From Eledone cirrhosa (lineage: Eukaryota), in the NCBI GenBank assembly GCA_964016885.1, contig OZ024743.1:274784001-274848000 (forward strand): a stretch of 64,000 nucleotides of DNA, read 5' to 3'. Position numbers and translations under genes: made by a program. The notes under the pieces were generated by a model, which saw nothing but the letters and a program-made list of their open reading frames with translations, did no database searches and had not been told where the DNA came from. Below are positions 14,564 to 26,654 of the stretch, one piece after another; the first letter of the stretch is position 1; every line of letters begins with the position of its first letter.

Positions 14564-14856
14564 TATATAATCAAGGTTTAGCAAATAGAGAAAAACGGCA
14601 CTAGACAAGATTGTTCCTTATCATACACTCTCATCCGGGAGCAGTTCTGTATGGCGCCAGTTCGTGATTTGAACTTATATTCTCCGAGTGAGAAGAACCC
14701 TCTGACGAAAGTCTTCTTTTCAATGGAGTTCCGTATGGATTATCCATTTATTTTGAGACTTGAAACCGCGCGGTAAGGGTAATTATAGTAAGTACAGTAA
14801 ACTTTTTAAAATTTATTTTAAAACTTTTTCTCTATTTGCTAAACCTTGATTATATA
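14564..14856 (+). mobile_element. Non-coding hammerhead-containing element with perfect 32-bp inverted termini (Penelope pLTR-like)
   Basis: tatataatcaaggtttagcaaatagagaaaaa (14564-14595) is the exact reverse complement of 14825-14856; contains the ribozyme at 14697-14780. Confidence 0.7.
14697..14780 (+). ncRNA. Type-I hammerhead ribozyme with long stem II (intact core)
   Basis: Stem I accct/agggt, CUGACGA 14702-14708, stem II aagtct/agactt enclosing aatgga/tccatt, GAAA 14762-14765, palindromic stem III ccgcgcgg, GUA cleavage after 14775. Confidence 0.88.
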
Positions 14857-14920
<64 letters not shown>

Positions 14921-14976
14921 AAATATATTTACAATATATTATATACAGACATATACAAATACATACGTACTTACAT

Positions 14977-15049
<73 letters not shown>

Positions 15050-15062
15050 TCTGTGTGTGTGT

Positions 15063-15123
<61 letters not shown>

Positions 15124-15246
15124 AGAGACTGTTCCAATACACAATCCATTTCATTGTCATCATCTAAATTGCAGTGACAGGCAGAGGGTTATGAAGTTCT
15201 CCTGGGATACTGATAGTGAAGGCGGTGATGGGGATAGTGATGACGG

Positions 15247-15313
<67 letters not shown>

Positions 15314-15599
15314 AAAGACGATTATTATTTTAACGATAAATGTGGATGGCGGTTCTCATGTAGATGTCACCGATGATGAGTACAATAGTGATAGTGATGA
15401 TGATGATGGTGATCGTGATGGTGAGCATGAAAGTGATGATGATGGGGAGGAGAATGAGGAGAGGGATGACAATAATAATGACGATGATGGTGGTGGTAGT
15501 GGTGATGGTGGTGGTGGTGGTGTCTTTTGATTCTAAGTAAATCAATATCTGTTGTCAAAATGCTCTATGTGCCACACTTGATATCACTGTTGTTGTTGT

Positions 15600-15635
<36 letters not shown>

Positions 15636-15787
15636 CGATGATGATGTTGTAGTTGTTGCTGCTGTTGTTATTGTTTGTTTAGTTTTTCCTGTTAATTGTA
15701 TCGGAGTTGTTTCTTGTTTTAGGTGAGTAGGACTGTTATGTTTCTCTTACCTACTTATATAGATATATGCCTCTCTTTATTTATATA

Positions 15788-16580
15788 CTAGCAGCAGTAC
15801 CCAGCGTTGCCTGGGTAGGTAAAATAATATCTACTTTGATGAAAAGGTGTTGATCTTAGCGACTGCTTCTCGATGACTCATCTATGGCCACACACAGGCC
15901 ATGCAGGGGAGGGTGGTGATGACCTCTATCACTGAGAAACGCGGATGACTGACGAAGGGGCATGCTGGGGAGGGAGGTAATGACCTCTAACACTAAGCCA
16001 AATTTCCTCCCGCTACTTGATTGGAAACCGGTGAATTCTCAAATACACAACTAAAAGCTCAGACGACGTCAGTGGCCATCGTTTTGCCTTTGACCATCTA
16101 TAAGATGTGTAATGATAGGTTCTATCGAAGTATAAAAGTTGAACCAAATAAATTGATTATGTGTGAGGTGGAGCCGAAGTTTCGAATTTGAACGAAATCG
16201 GTTGAAAATGTGGGAGCTAGAGCCGAAAAGGCGGAAATTTGAGCGAAAAGGTGGTATTTTCGAATATTTAAGCGGTTGTCACGCCGTTCCTGAAAGAAAA
16301 ATCCAAAATGTAAAGCGACTTTAAGACGTGAAATAATCAGAATTAGCGTAGTGTAAAATTTGAACAAAGTAGGTTGATTAATGTGGGAGCTAGAGTGGAA
16401 ATTTGAGTCTAAAAGTGGTATATTTGAATATTTAAGCGGTTGCTATGCCGTCCATGAACAACAAATGCAAAATATAAAGGCATTACATGGTGTGCAATGA
16501 TAAATTTTATTTAGGCCCCTATATGTAATACACAGACACACAAACACACACACATACTTAATTTTATATATATATACAGA
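15788..16580 (-). mobile_element. Non-autonomous Helitron
   Basis: 3' CTAG at 15788-15791 with hairpin acccag/ctgggt; 5' end TC+(TA)-rich ending at 16580; inserted between A and T. Internal direct repeats at 15901/15961 and 16205/16380. Confidence 0.75.
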
Positions 16581-16588
16581 TATATATG

Positions 16589-16656
16589 CAGAGTGACCCC
16601 CAAACATGTCAACAGAAAGGTACTCAAAGTGTGTATACATTTTTTGGGACACCTTG
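16589..16656. mobile_element. Tiny Tc1/mariner-type deletion derivative (TIRs only)
   Basis: 'cagagtgacccccaaa' and 'tttttgggacaccttg|ta' are imperfect inverted repeats of the cagggtgtcccaaaaa type. Confidence 0.5.
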
Positions 16657-16664
16657 TATTTATA

Positions 16665-16768
<104 letters not shown>

Positions 16769-18254
16769 AAGAGAGAGGGGGAGGGGGGAATATAGATATA
16801 TTTCTTTATTATTTTTATTTATTTATTTATTTAGATAGATTTATGTAGATATATAAATGTATGTGTTTATTTATGTATGCATTAAAATATTTTAGTAACT
16901 TAGCTAATGACACCACTAATTATATAGATATGACTATATATGCGTAGTGTGTGTATGTGTGTATGTGTGCACGCACGCGTGTTTGTGGCTGTATGCATAT
17001 GTGTAATGTGGTAACTAGAAAAACAAATACATATCCTAGAGAGTGTGTGCTGTCAGCTTTGTCTGGCCTTGTCTTCGATGGGTGGACAGAAACACGGATA
17101 ATAACAGAAACACGGATAATAACGGAATGTTTTCAGCATCACCTAGGGTCATAATCGGGTCATAGGGGTCATGACTTTAACGGCCATTCATCATATTGCA
17201 TGCATAGAGAGCGTGCCTGAAAGTTCACGAGAAGAGACTGAGTCTGTAAAAGTTCGTGGGAAGGAATTTATGCATATGGCAACAAGCTAAAATTGATGGG
17301 GATTTTTTTTTTGTCGAATGGGCAGAGTTGGCGTTACCTTTAAGGTCATGTAGGCAGCCACTTAGGACGCTGGTCCCAGAGAGGGACATTACTGAACATT
17401 AATGTATCAGAGTTTCATACAAATTTGTATAATTAATTTTAAATATATAATAATATCCTGCGATCAATGAATCTTTGCCACGGAACACCATTGTACAGAG
17501 ATCCAAGGTGGTGAAGAGGGCTGTATGTTTTTATGACGTGTAACAGGATTTGGTGGGGTGAGAGTGGTCTGTGTAGTAGAAAATGCTGACTTGATAATTT
17601 TTTTATTGTGATCAGAAGAAAAAGTGTCAAAAACTGGGTTTGTCAACTCAACAAACTCTAAGTTGAAATGATTTTATTTGGTGGAAGTGGGTGCATAACT
17701 AGGAGAAGATGACACATTTTAGGAGACCGAATAGAGAGAACAAATGAAGAACAGCCCCTGTTTCTACTCGTCGGCCACTCTATATATAATAATTTAATAG
17801 CTAAAGTTTTAATACAAATAATATTCAAAATTAGTAGCAATAATTTAAGGAATTTACTGACGAAAAGAGCAACAAGAACGCTCCTGGGACATGAACTATC
17901 ATCCTGTTGTTCAAATATTGACTGTGTTATAGATTACACTAGAGTAGGTTTGTGACGGTTATTTTCTATACTAATGGACCCGTGCCGTCAATAATGACGG
18001 TAATAACGTTGAACGTATTTCATTTTTGGAACCCATGATTGGTATATCGTATATATCAGGATTACTGGATATATGAACAATCAGGACAACTAAGAAACCC
18101 TATAATTCGTGGTAACTACTGGAAATTATTGAAAATAAGAATTATATTTAATTAATATATTAAGTAGATATATTTTTATATATGTACAACTAGCATACAA
18201 GATTAAATATGTAAGTGGTGGTATGGTCCCATAACTCCTGATAGAGTGGTAGGG

Positions 18255-18522
18255 TCACCGTATTGATATACGGCGTTCCTTGGGCATTTTAAGCCTGGTG
18301 GAGCCCATCTCTCTCCAGGTCTGAGTACAGCAGATTTCTTCCAGAGAAAGATAGACAGTGAGAGAGGAAACAAGAAAGAGATATAGAGGAAGAATCGACC
18401 ACATTACTAGACTGGTACTTTTTATATCGTCCTCGAAAGGATGAAAGGCAAAGTTGACCTCGGCGGGATTTGAACTCAGAGAGCATTTTAGCCGACGTTC
18501 TAATGACTGCCAATTCGCCGCC
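18255..18522 (-). mobile_element. S1-related SINE with long alternative 3' tail
   Basis: Same B box and body as S1, with tail 'ctctggaagaaatc...agacctgg...ccaccagg...aaatgcccaag' shared with 45690-46010, 32750-33100 and 33395-33642. Confidence 0.75.
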
Positions 18523-18688
18523 TAAATAGTTAAGCAACTATGGAAAAGTAACTATTTACAGGGGCAAACGTCAGGTTAGAACTCTAGACTTGTAATTAGA
18601 AAGCGAACTTCGTATCGTAGCAACTAAGATAGGAAATGTATTGTGTGTATACATGTGTATATAAACACATAGCGTATCATTATGTTTG

Positions 18689-18850
18689 ATAATTGTTTCT
18701 ATTTTTAGGCACAAGGCCAGCAATTACCCAGTTCATTACTGGTACTTTATTTTATCGACCCCGTAAGGATGAAAGGCAAAGTCAACCTCGGCGGGATTTG
18801 AACTCAGACCGTAAAGGGACGTAACTATGCTGGAAAGCATGGCGTTTGAT
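18689..18850 (-). mobile_element. 5'-truncated S1 SINE with 13-bp TSD
   Basis: TSD tatgtttgataat at 18681-18693 and 18853-18865. Confidence 0.88.
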
Positions 18851-19524
18851 AATATGTTTGATAATGCTATATCTAATGGTGCGTAATACGTGTGTGCGTG
18901 CGCTTCTGTGCGTGTGCACGTGTGTGTGTGTGCGTGTGCATCGGTGCGTGTGTTTGTATCTGTCTGTGCATATGTTTGTGTGTGTCTGTGTGTTCGTGCA
19001 TGCGCATGTGTGTGTGTGTGTGATGTGTGTGTTATGTGTATATACCTGAGTATCTGTGCATACGTGTGTGTGTGTGTGTGTGCATCTGTGTCTGTGCAGA
19101 CGCGCGAGTGTGTTAATGTTCCAAACAAATACACATGGTCTCCAACATATGTGTATGAATGAATGCATCAACAAATATCCTAAACTCTCCCTCTCTTTCT
19201 TTATCTCTCTCCCGCCTTCTCTCTTTCTCTTCCTCTATCTTTATCTCTCTCGTTCAGACACTCTCCCTCTCCCCCTTTATCTCTCTCTTTCTTTATCTCT
19301 CTCTTTCTCACACACACACACTCTCTCTCTCACTTTCTTTATCTCTCTCGCTCACACACTCTCTCTCCCTCTCTCTCTCTCTCTCTTTCTTTATCTCTCG
19401 CCCGCCTTCTCTCTTTCTCTTCCTCTATCTTTATATATCTCTCTCACACACACACACTCTCTCTCTCTTCTTCTTTATCTCTCTCTCTCTCACACACACA
19501 CACACTCTCTCTCTCCCTCTTTAT

Positions 19525-19556
<32 letters not shown>

Positions 19557-20338
19557 CTCTCTCCCTCTTTATCTCTCTCTCTCACACACACATACATACT
19601 CTCTCTCTCCCTCTTTATCTCTCCCTCCCACACTCTCTCTCCCACACAGACACACACACACTCTCTCTCTCTCTTTATCTCTATCCCTCACTCTTTCTCT
19701 GTCTCCCTCTCGCTCCCTCCCTATTTCACTTTCTTTCATATCTCATCCTCTCTCCCTCTCTCTCTCACGCTCTCCCCCCTCTCTCTACACTCACATATAC
19801 ATGCAGACATATATTTTACAACCTACAACACCACTATCGCCACCACCACCGTCATCAATGTCATCGTTATTATCAATATCGTCATCACCATCATCATCAT
19901 AATCACTAGCCCTACTACAAATCGATGTGCGCACGCATCAAACACACACATGTGTATATAGTGTACTACCAACAGCACTAACCCACCAACCCACCAACCC
20001 ATCATTTTCATCACCATTGTCATCATCCCCATCACCCCCATCACCCTCATCGGCCCCATCCCCACCGTCACCACAACTCCCTCACCACCACCTCCCCCAC
20101 CACCCCCACCACGCCCCCACCACCACCACCACCACTACAGCTGCTACCAACGTTATGAAAAGTTCATGATCAATCAATATCTGACATGAATTACTACAGC
20201 ATTCTTCCACTTCATTCATAAAAACATTTCATTGAGAAAACAAGCTTCTTTCTTTCTCTCCCCCTCTCCAATCGTATACTCTCTAGCTCTGCCACTTTCT
20301 CTCTCTCTCTCTCTTTCTCTTTCTCTCTCTCTCTCTCT

Positions 20339-20430
<92 letters not shown>

Positions 20431-20564
20431 CTATCTCTCTCTCTCGCTCTCTCTCTTTGTTATTCTTTCCACCCAAACACACACTAACACACACGCTCAC
20501 ACGTATACATACATACAAAGAAACATCGAGACACATATATTACTATTGATATATATATATATAG

Positions 20565-20607
<43 letters not shown>

Positions 20608-20634
20608 TCTTCCTTCTTCCTTCTTTCTTCTCAT

Positions 20635-20676
<42 letters not shown>

Positions 20677-20742
20677 ATATATACATACATATACATATAA
20701 TATACATATATTATATATACATACATATACATGTATTTTGTA

Positions 20743-20775
<33 letters not shown>

Positions 20776-20776
20776 G

Positions 20777-20881
<105 letters not shown>

Positions 20882-20963
20882 ACACACATATATATATATA
20901 TGCACACACACACATATATATATATATATACAAAATACATGTATATGTATGTATATGTACATA

Positions 20964-20998
<35 letters not shown>

Positions 20999-21026
20999 GA
21001 TATATATATATATAAATCTCTCTCTA

Positions 21027-21083
<57 letters not shown>

Positions 21084-21190
21084 GAATGAACTTATCGATC
21101 TATCAACCTATCTTATCTATTTGGCAATCCATCAGACTGTCTATACATCCATATCTCTCCCTCTTCAGAACCATATCTTAATGCCGATTC

Positions 21191-21360
21191 ATATATCCAG
21201 CTATATCCAGCTATATCCAGCTATATCCAGCTATATCCAGCTATATCCAGCTATATACAGCTATATCCAGCTATATCCAGCTATATCCAGCTATATCCAG
21301 CTATATCCAGCTATATCCAGCTATATCCAGCTATATCCAGCTATATACAGCTATATCCAG
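21191..21360. repeat. Decamer tandem repeat (ctatatccag)x17
   Basis: Directly visible; variant ctatatacag at 21251 and 21341. Confidence 0.97.
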
Positions 21361-21495
21361 CCGTATAAGGTGTTAATAATTTTTTTCTGATTATCAAAAA
21401 ATTCCCATAACACGCACCACACACTCATACACACACAATAAATATTAGAAATATGAAATATAGATATATAGTAATAATAAATGTTCTTATAATAA

Positions 21496-21613
<118 letters not shown>

Positions 21614-21712
21614 TATATATATATTTATATATAAATGAAAGGTATAGAAAATATTGTAGCAAAAAGGCAACAGTATTCCATAATATATAAGTGACAATAG
21701 CGTCAACATATT

Positions 21713-21748
<36 letters not shown>

Positions 21749-21802
21749 GATATATATGTATATAAATATGTATATATATATGTAATAATATATATATATA
21801 TA

Positions 21803-21858
<56 letters not shown>

Positions 21859-21918
21859 TTACGTATGTATACTGTTCCCAATATTGGCAGTTTACAAGGA
21901 GGTTGGCAGAACTCTAGA

Positions 21919-22109
21919 TATATAATAGAATAAATATATATAATTCTCTGAAGATAGCGCAACTATCAACTTGTCTGGTTGAAACATACTTATGTTAAAT
22001 ATCAGTTGATTTATTCATCATTCTTAAGACGTAAGTGTGTTTCAACCAGACAAGCTGAGAGTTGCGCTAAGCTTCTTCAGAGGATTGTATATATTTACTA
22101 TATTATATA
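21919..22109. repeat. Imperfect inverted repeat (~80 bp arms), each arm carrying a degenerate hammerhead core
   Basis: 21919-21996 vs 22028-22109. Each arm reads ..ctCTGAAGA..tagcgcaact.tca.cttgtctggttGAAAca.actta.gt towards the centre. Confidence 0.8.
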
Positions 22110-22160
22110 CATACATATGTATGTATGTATCTATGTATGTATGTATCTATGTATCTATTT

Positions 22161-22391
22161 GCTTCACGGCACAGGCATTGCTTTATATCTGGAGATCTCT
22201 CTGCACTTGTCGTCACATGGTACCAAAGGCAAAGCACTATGTGTCAATAATTGTCACAAGTGTGGTGTTTGTACCAGAGTTTTCAAGTCGCTGGCTGGAC
22301 TAAAAAGTGACACTCGTTCAGCGCATCGGTAGGAGTTCTCCTACATAGATATAAAGTAGTGGCTGTACTCGAAAACGAGGTGGCAGCCACC
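22161..22391 (+). mobile_element. 5'-truncated non-autonomous RTE-derived element
   Basis: Matches the 3' part of 26655-27258; terminal C2H2-like peptide HKCGVCTRVFKSLAGLKSDTRSAHR*; (ATGT)n tail. Confidence 0.75.
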
Positions 22392-22437
22392 ATGTATCTA
22401 TGTATGTATGTATGTATGTATGTATGTATGTATGTAT

Positions 22438-22844
22438 GGGAGAGATGACCCCTTAGCCTTTGTCAAGGCAGAATTCTAGGAGAAGGAAAACTCTGTTATA
22501 ACACCTGCAACCCTGATGGTATCCAATGATGTTGACTTGTTCTTCTTTTTGGTAAATATCATCTTGGTTAAGAGAGTGGGACTGGCTTTGTGCAGTGCCT
22601 TTGCTCACTATAAAAGCTTCACGGCACAGGCATTGCTTTATATCTGGAGATCTCTCTGCACTTGCCGTCACATGGTACCATAGGCCCAGCACTGTGTCAA
22701 TAATTGTCACAAGTGTAGTGTTTGTACCAGAGTTTTCAAGTCGCTGGCCGGACTGAAAAGTCACACTCGTTCAGCGCATCGGTAGGGGTTCTCCTACATG
22801 GATATAAAGTAGTGGCCGTACTCGAAAACGAGTTGGCAGCCACC
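22438..22844 (+). mobile_element. 5'-truncated non-autonomous RTE-derived element
   Basis: Near-identical to 26850-27258; RTE 5'-region motif ctaggagaaggaaaactctg; 3' ctcg-aaaa-cgag stem-loop; (ATGT)n on both sides. Confidence 0.8.
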
Positions 22845-22945
22845 ATGTATGTATGTATGTATGTTATTTCTTTCTCTTAATTTCGAGTATATTTTTTTTG
22901 ACCGGCCACCTTCCTGGTGGCAAGGTTGTAAAAGAAAAGAAATTG

Positions 22946-23749
22946 TCATCTCTTGAATCGCAACAATGTTTTGCAAATTTTGAAGGTGCCAGTTCTCGCA
23001 GCCATTTGTAGACTATGAATTAGGGAGCTGCGCTTTTTGTCCGCAAATCCAAGTTCAGTCATACTTTGGTCCAAGCGGGTTGGTATATAACCCGTAGCTC
23101 CAATAATGATGGGTATAAAGCTAAAGGTGTATCTTGGATATTGGATTTGTAAACTCCTCATCAATGGTCCGTAGATGTCCTCCTTCTCCTGTATTTTTCT
23201 GACAACGTTTACATCAAGTGGGCAGCTGATCTCCACAACAGAACACGTTTTCAATGTGTGGTCCCAAACAACAATATCAGGCCGGTTGTGCTTTAATTTG
23301 GTGGCAGTTTTTATTTTCAGGTTCCACCAGTATTCCTTAGTGCCATCTGTCTCAATATATTCTTCCTCGTTTGTTGTTAATTTTGTTTTCCGAATTGCGT
23401 TCCAGATGGTTCTAGCTATCCCATCGTGTCTCATGGGGAGGTAGTAGTGAGATGACATTCTTTCGCAGCTGGCAACAATGTGGCTTACATCCTCGATCTT
23501 TGTTTTACATAGCCTACCTTTATTGTCAGCTGCTGGCCCTCCCCTTTTGTGCAGCAGATATTTGGTAGGGAGTTCTTGTTCCTGTATTGCATAGAGATAT
23601 CCCTCAAGGTGTGATGTCATAAACTTGTCGGAACTCCATGCCAGGCTTTTTGAGTCGTTTATCCCCTCTATGGTCTGTGTTTTACGTCTCAAGTATCCAT
23701 GCACAACTTTTTCTGTAAATTGGTCAATTTTTTTATCTTGTTTGAACAT
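22946..23749 (-). pseudogene. Zinc-knuckle/RLE endonuclease portion of the R4-clade ORF
   Basis: 267-aa open frame with PD-(D/E)xK-type motifs; first Cys of the CCHC knuckle reads Gly. Confidence 0.88.
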
Positions 23750-24170
23750 TGAATAGGATCTTCCGATTTCTCTGGGTGAGAGATTTATATCAGGCTTTAT
23801 TCCATATCTCTCCTCCAGATCAGTCGCTATTCTAATGATATTTTTTTTTTCATGCTCATAAATCTGGGCAAGATGGTTGCCAACCCTTTTTCCTCTGTTG
23901 AAGGTGTTGCTTCAGTGTTACTATCCGGGTCTCATATGTTGTTAATATTTATTTTAGACCCCGGCCACCTTCCTTGCGTGAGAAGTATAGCCTATCCACA
24001 TCACCATTGATGTTAAAGTTCCCAGTAACACTGAGAAGTTTGCGAGTTCTAACATCCATCTCACTTAGTTCTTGCAATGACCAGTTCAGCAGGCCAAATG
24101 TTGGCGTTAGAATTGGCACAGCATAAGTATTGTGGGAAATGTATTTGTTGTACGCTGACAGTTCTGATGA

Positions 24171-25131
24171 TCATATTTTCTTTACTCTTCTGAGGTATTC
24201 AGTTCTGGTTCTCTCCTTATTTATGGGTCCATCATATCTGACATTCTCATCCTGTCCAAGATATCTGTAGTTGTCACCTGACTGTAGAGGTTGTATTGTC
24301 AGGCCGTTCATCTCTAGATTTCTAGAGGAGGGCACAGCTCTTCCACGTTTTACTGCCAAATATGCACACTTGGACTCACCAAATTTCATTTTGATGTCGG
24401 TTGAAAATTGTGTAATGAGGTCCAATTGTTTCTTGATGTCATTGATATTTGGCCCATACAACTTCAGGTCATCAACAAAGAAAAGATGGGAGATACTTCT
24501 GGACCCACTTCTTTGTCCACCTTGTTTCCTGAGTAGGTAAGATAGCGGATTCAGTGAGAGAACGAAGAGTATCACTGACAAGTTATCACCCTGAAAGATG
24601 CCCTTCTGGTAATGTATCTTATCAGTCTTAACTTGCTCCTTCTCACCTCTAAGGATCAAATTGGTGTACCAGTTCTTGGTCAGGCGTTCAACAGCAGCTA
24701 CCAATGGTTGTGGGACTTTGGCTAACTATAAAACCTTAATAATCCACCTATGAGGTACACTATCAAATGCTTTTTGATAGTCCAGCCGCACCACAGTCAT
24801 GTTTCTGCGATTCTTTGTTGTTTTTTCCTGAATCATTTTGTTAGTTAGTAGGTGATCTATGCAACCCCACACCTCTCTCTTTCCACCAGCTTGCTCAGGT
24901 GTTATGATGTTGTTGGTAGCACAGTGATCCTGTAAGAACAGGTTAAGGCACCCAGTATATAATTTATACATGATGTTTTGGCAGGCTATTGGGCGGTAAT
25001 TTTTAGCAAGGGTGGTTTGGCTATTTTGGGGAATGAGGAGAGTAGTGGCAGTTGATAACCATCTGGGCAGTTCTTGTTTGCCTTTAATGGTTTCTGTAAA
25101 CAGCCGTATGAGATCTTGCCGATAGAAAGTG
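24171..25131 (-). pseudogene. Reverse transcriptase portion of the R4-clade ORF (broken into ORFs 24726-25131 and 24171-24704)
   Basis: RT motifs as above; stops at ~24726 and 24171. Confidence 0.9.
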
Positions 25132-25202
25132 ATGTATGTATGTATGTATGTATGTATGTATGTATGTATGTATGTATGTATGTATGTATGTATGTATGTA
25201 TG

Positions 25203-25371
25203 TTTTCTCTTTCTCTTAATTTCGAGTATATTTTTTTGACCGGCCACCTTCCTGGTGGCAAGGTTGTAAAAGAAAAGAAATTGTCATCCCTTGAATCGCA
25301 AGAATGTTTTGCATATTTTGAAGGTGCCAGCTATCGCAGCCATTTGTAGACTATGAATTAGGGAGCTGCGC
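25203..25371 (-). mobile_element. Second, heavily 5'-truncated copy of the R4-clade element (3' end only)
   Basis: Near-identical to 22865-23032; flanked by (ATGT)n on both sides. Confidence 0.9.
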
Positions 25372-25469
25372 GTATGTATGTATGTATGTATGTGTGTATG
25401 TAGGTATGTATTATAATTTTTTTTTTATTAATTTTTTTTGTTGCTCTTTTTGTAGAGAGAGAGCTTCCT

Positions 25470-26105
25470 AGTCCTCCTTAAGACATCTCTCTAGGAGAAG
25501 GTTACTCTGATATAAAACCTGCGACTTCGTGTGTATCCAATGATGTAGATCAGTTCTTCTTTTGGGGCAAATACATTCCATGTTCAGAGAGTGGGATTGA
25601 CCCCATGCAAAGCTTTTCCTCACTTAAAATGCTTCAAGCACAGGCATCGCTTGATATGTGACATTTTTTTGCGATGAATGTCATTGCTGGCCATAGGCAA
25701 GTCCCTAGCAGGATTAAAAGTTACGTCTGTGATGCTCATGCTTAAGTATCAAGCGATGACATTACTCGAATTGAGTTGCAACCATCAATTATGTATGTAT
25801 GTGTGAGTGAAAGGCCCCACAGTTGTTGTTACAACACCTTTCTAGGAGAGGGAAACTCTTAAAAAAAAACCTGCGGCTTCGGAAGCATCCGATGATATTG
25901 ACCAGTTCTCCTTTTCGGGTAGTGTTTTCTATGCTCAGAGAGTAGGGTTAGTCGAGTGCAAGGCCCACTTAAAAACCTTCAAAGCACAGGCATTGCTTGT
26001 TCAGGATATGTTACAGGTTCGTGTAGCTGGCCGTAGCCTAAAAGTGCACAAAACTCTATAATCTGACAAGCGACTGCAATACCCTTAGTAGAGTGTGCCG
26101 CCATC
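25470..26105 (+). mobile_element. Two older, diverged RTE-derived non-autonomous copies (25470-25790 and 25810-26105)
   Basis: Each has 'ctaggaga.gg..actct', '(t)cc.atgat.t.ga.cagttct' and 'gcacaggcat.gctt', and ends in (ATGT)n. Confidence 0.65.
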
Positions 26106-26654
26106 ATGTATGTATGTATGTATATATGTATGTATATATGTATGAATGAATGTATGTATGTATGGTTTAATTATTTTATTAATTTTCACCGATAGAGAGA
26201 GAGTCGGTTTCTAACATAGAAACAAGACTCTTTCATTGGAATTTAGACAACATCAACTAGGTAAATACGTATGTATGTGTTTGTGTGTGTATATGTGTGC
26301 ATGCGTGGATCTGACATCTGTATATGTGCATACGTGGATCTGGCACGTGTATAGGCATCTGTATCTATACATGTCTGTATGCTGTTATTACATGCCGAGT
26401 TTCTGAATTATTTTACATATTTTACAGTTTCATTAATGAACTATACTTGCAATCTCCTAACTAGTCGTGCCCTTTCTGGTTCTGGGAAGCCCAGTTTCTG
26501 AAGATGTGTACTAAATCAGTTAGTACCATATACCAAAGCTCCAATAATCACAGGTTCAATCCTAAAGGTATAGCCGGGGTGGAATACTTGCAGATGTATG
26601 TATGTAATGTATGTAATGTATGTAATGTATGTATGTATGTATGTATGTATGTCA

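Larger units (their letters stand above)
22865..25131 (-). mobile_element. R4/Dong-clade non-LTR retrotransposon (RT + zinc knuckle + restriction-like endonuclease), 5'-truncated and disrupted
   Basis: RT motifs NYRPIAC, EQAGG, LDYQKAFDSVPH, GIFQGDNLS, HLFFVDDLKLY. C-terminal (G)RLC..EDVSHIVASC, RHD, NRPDIVV..VVEISCP..EKEDIY. Flanked by (ATGT)n on both sides. Confidence 0.92.

Noticed and set aside
17323-17760. Possible hAT MITE (cagagttggcg.../...acagcccctg)
   Set aside because: TIR match is poor and there is no TSD.
17850-17900. CUGACGA + gagc/gctc stem (hammerhead-like)
   Set aside because: GAAA reads GGGA and stems I and III are not supported; at most a relic.
17971-18000. Possible Helitron 3' end (ctaa + ccgtca/tgacgg hairpin)
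   Set aside because: Terminal CTAG is degenerate and no matching 5' end was identified.
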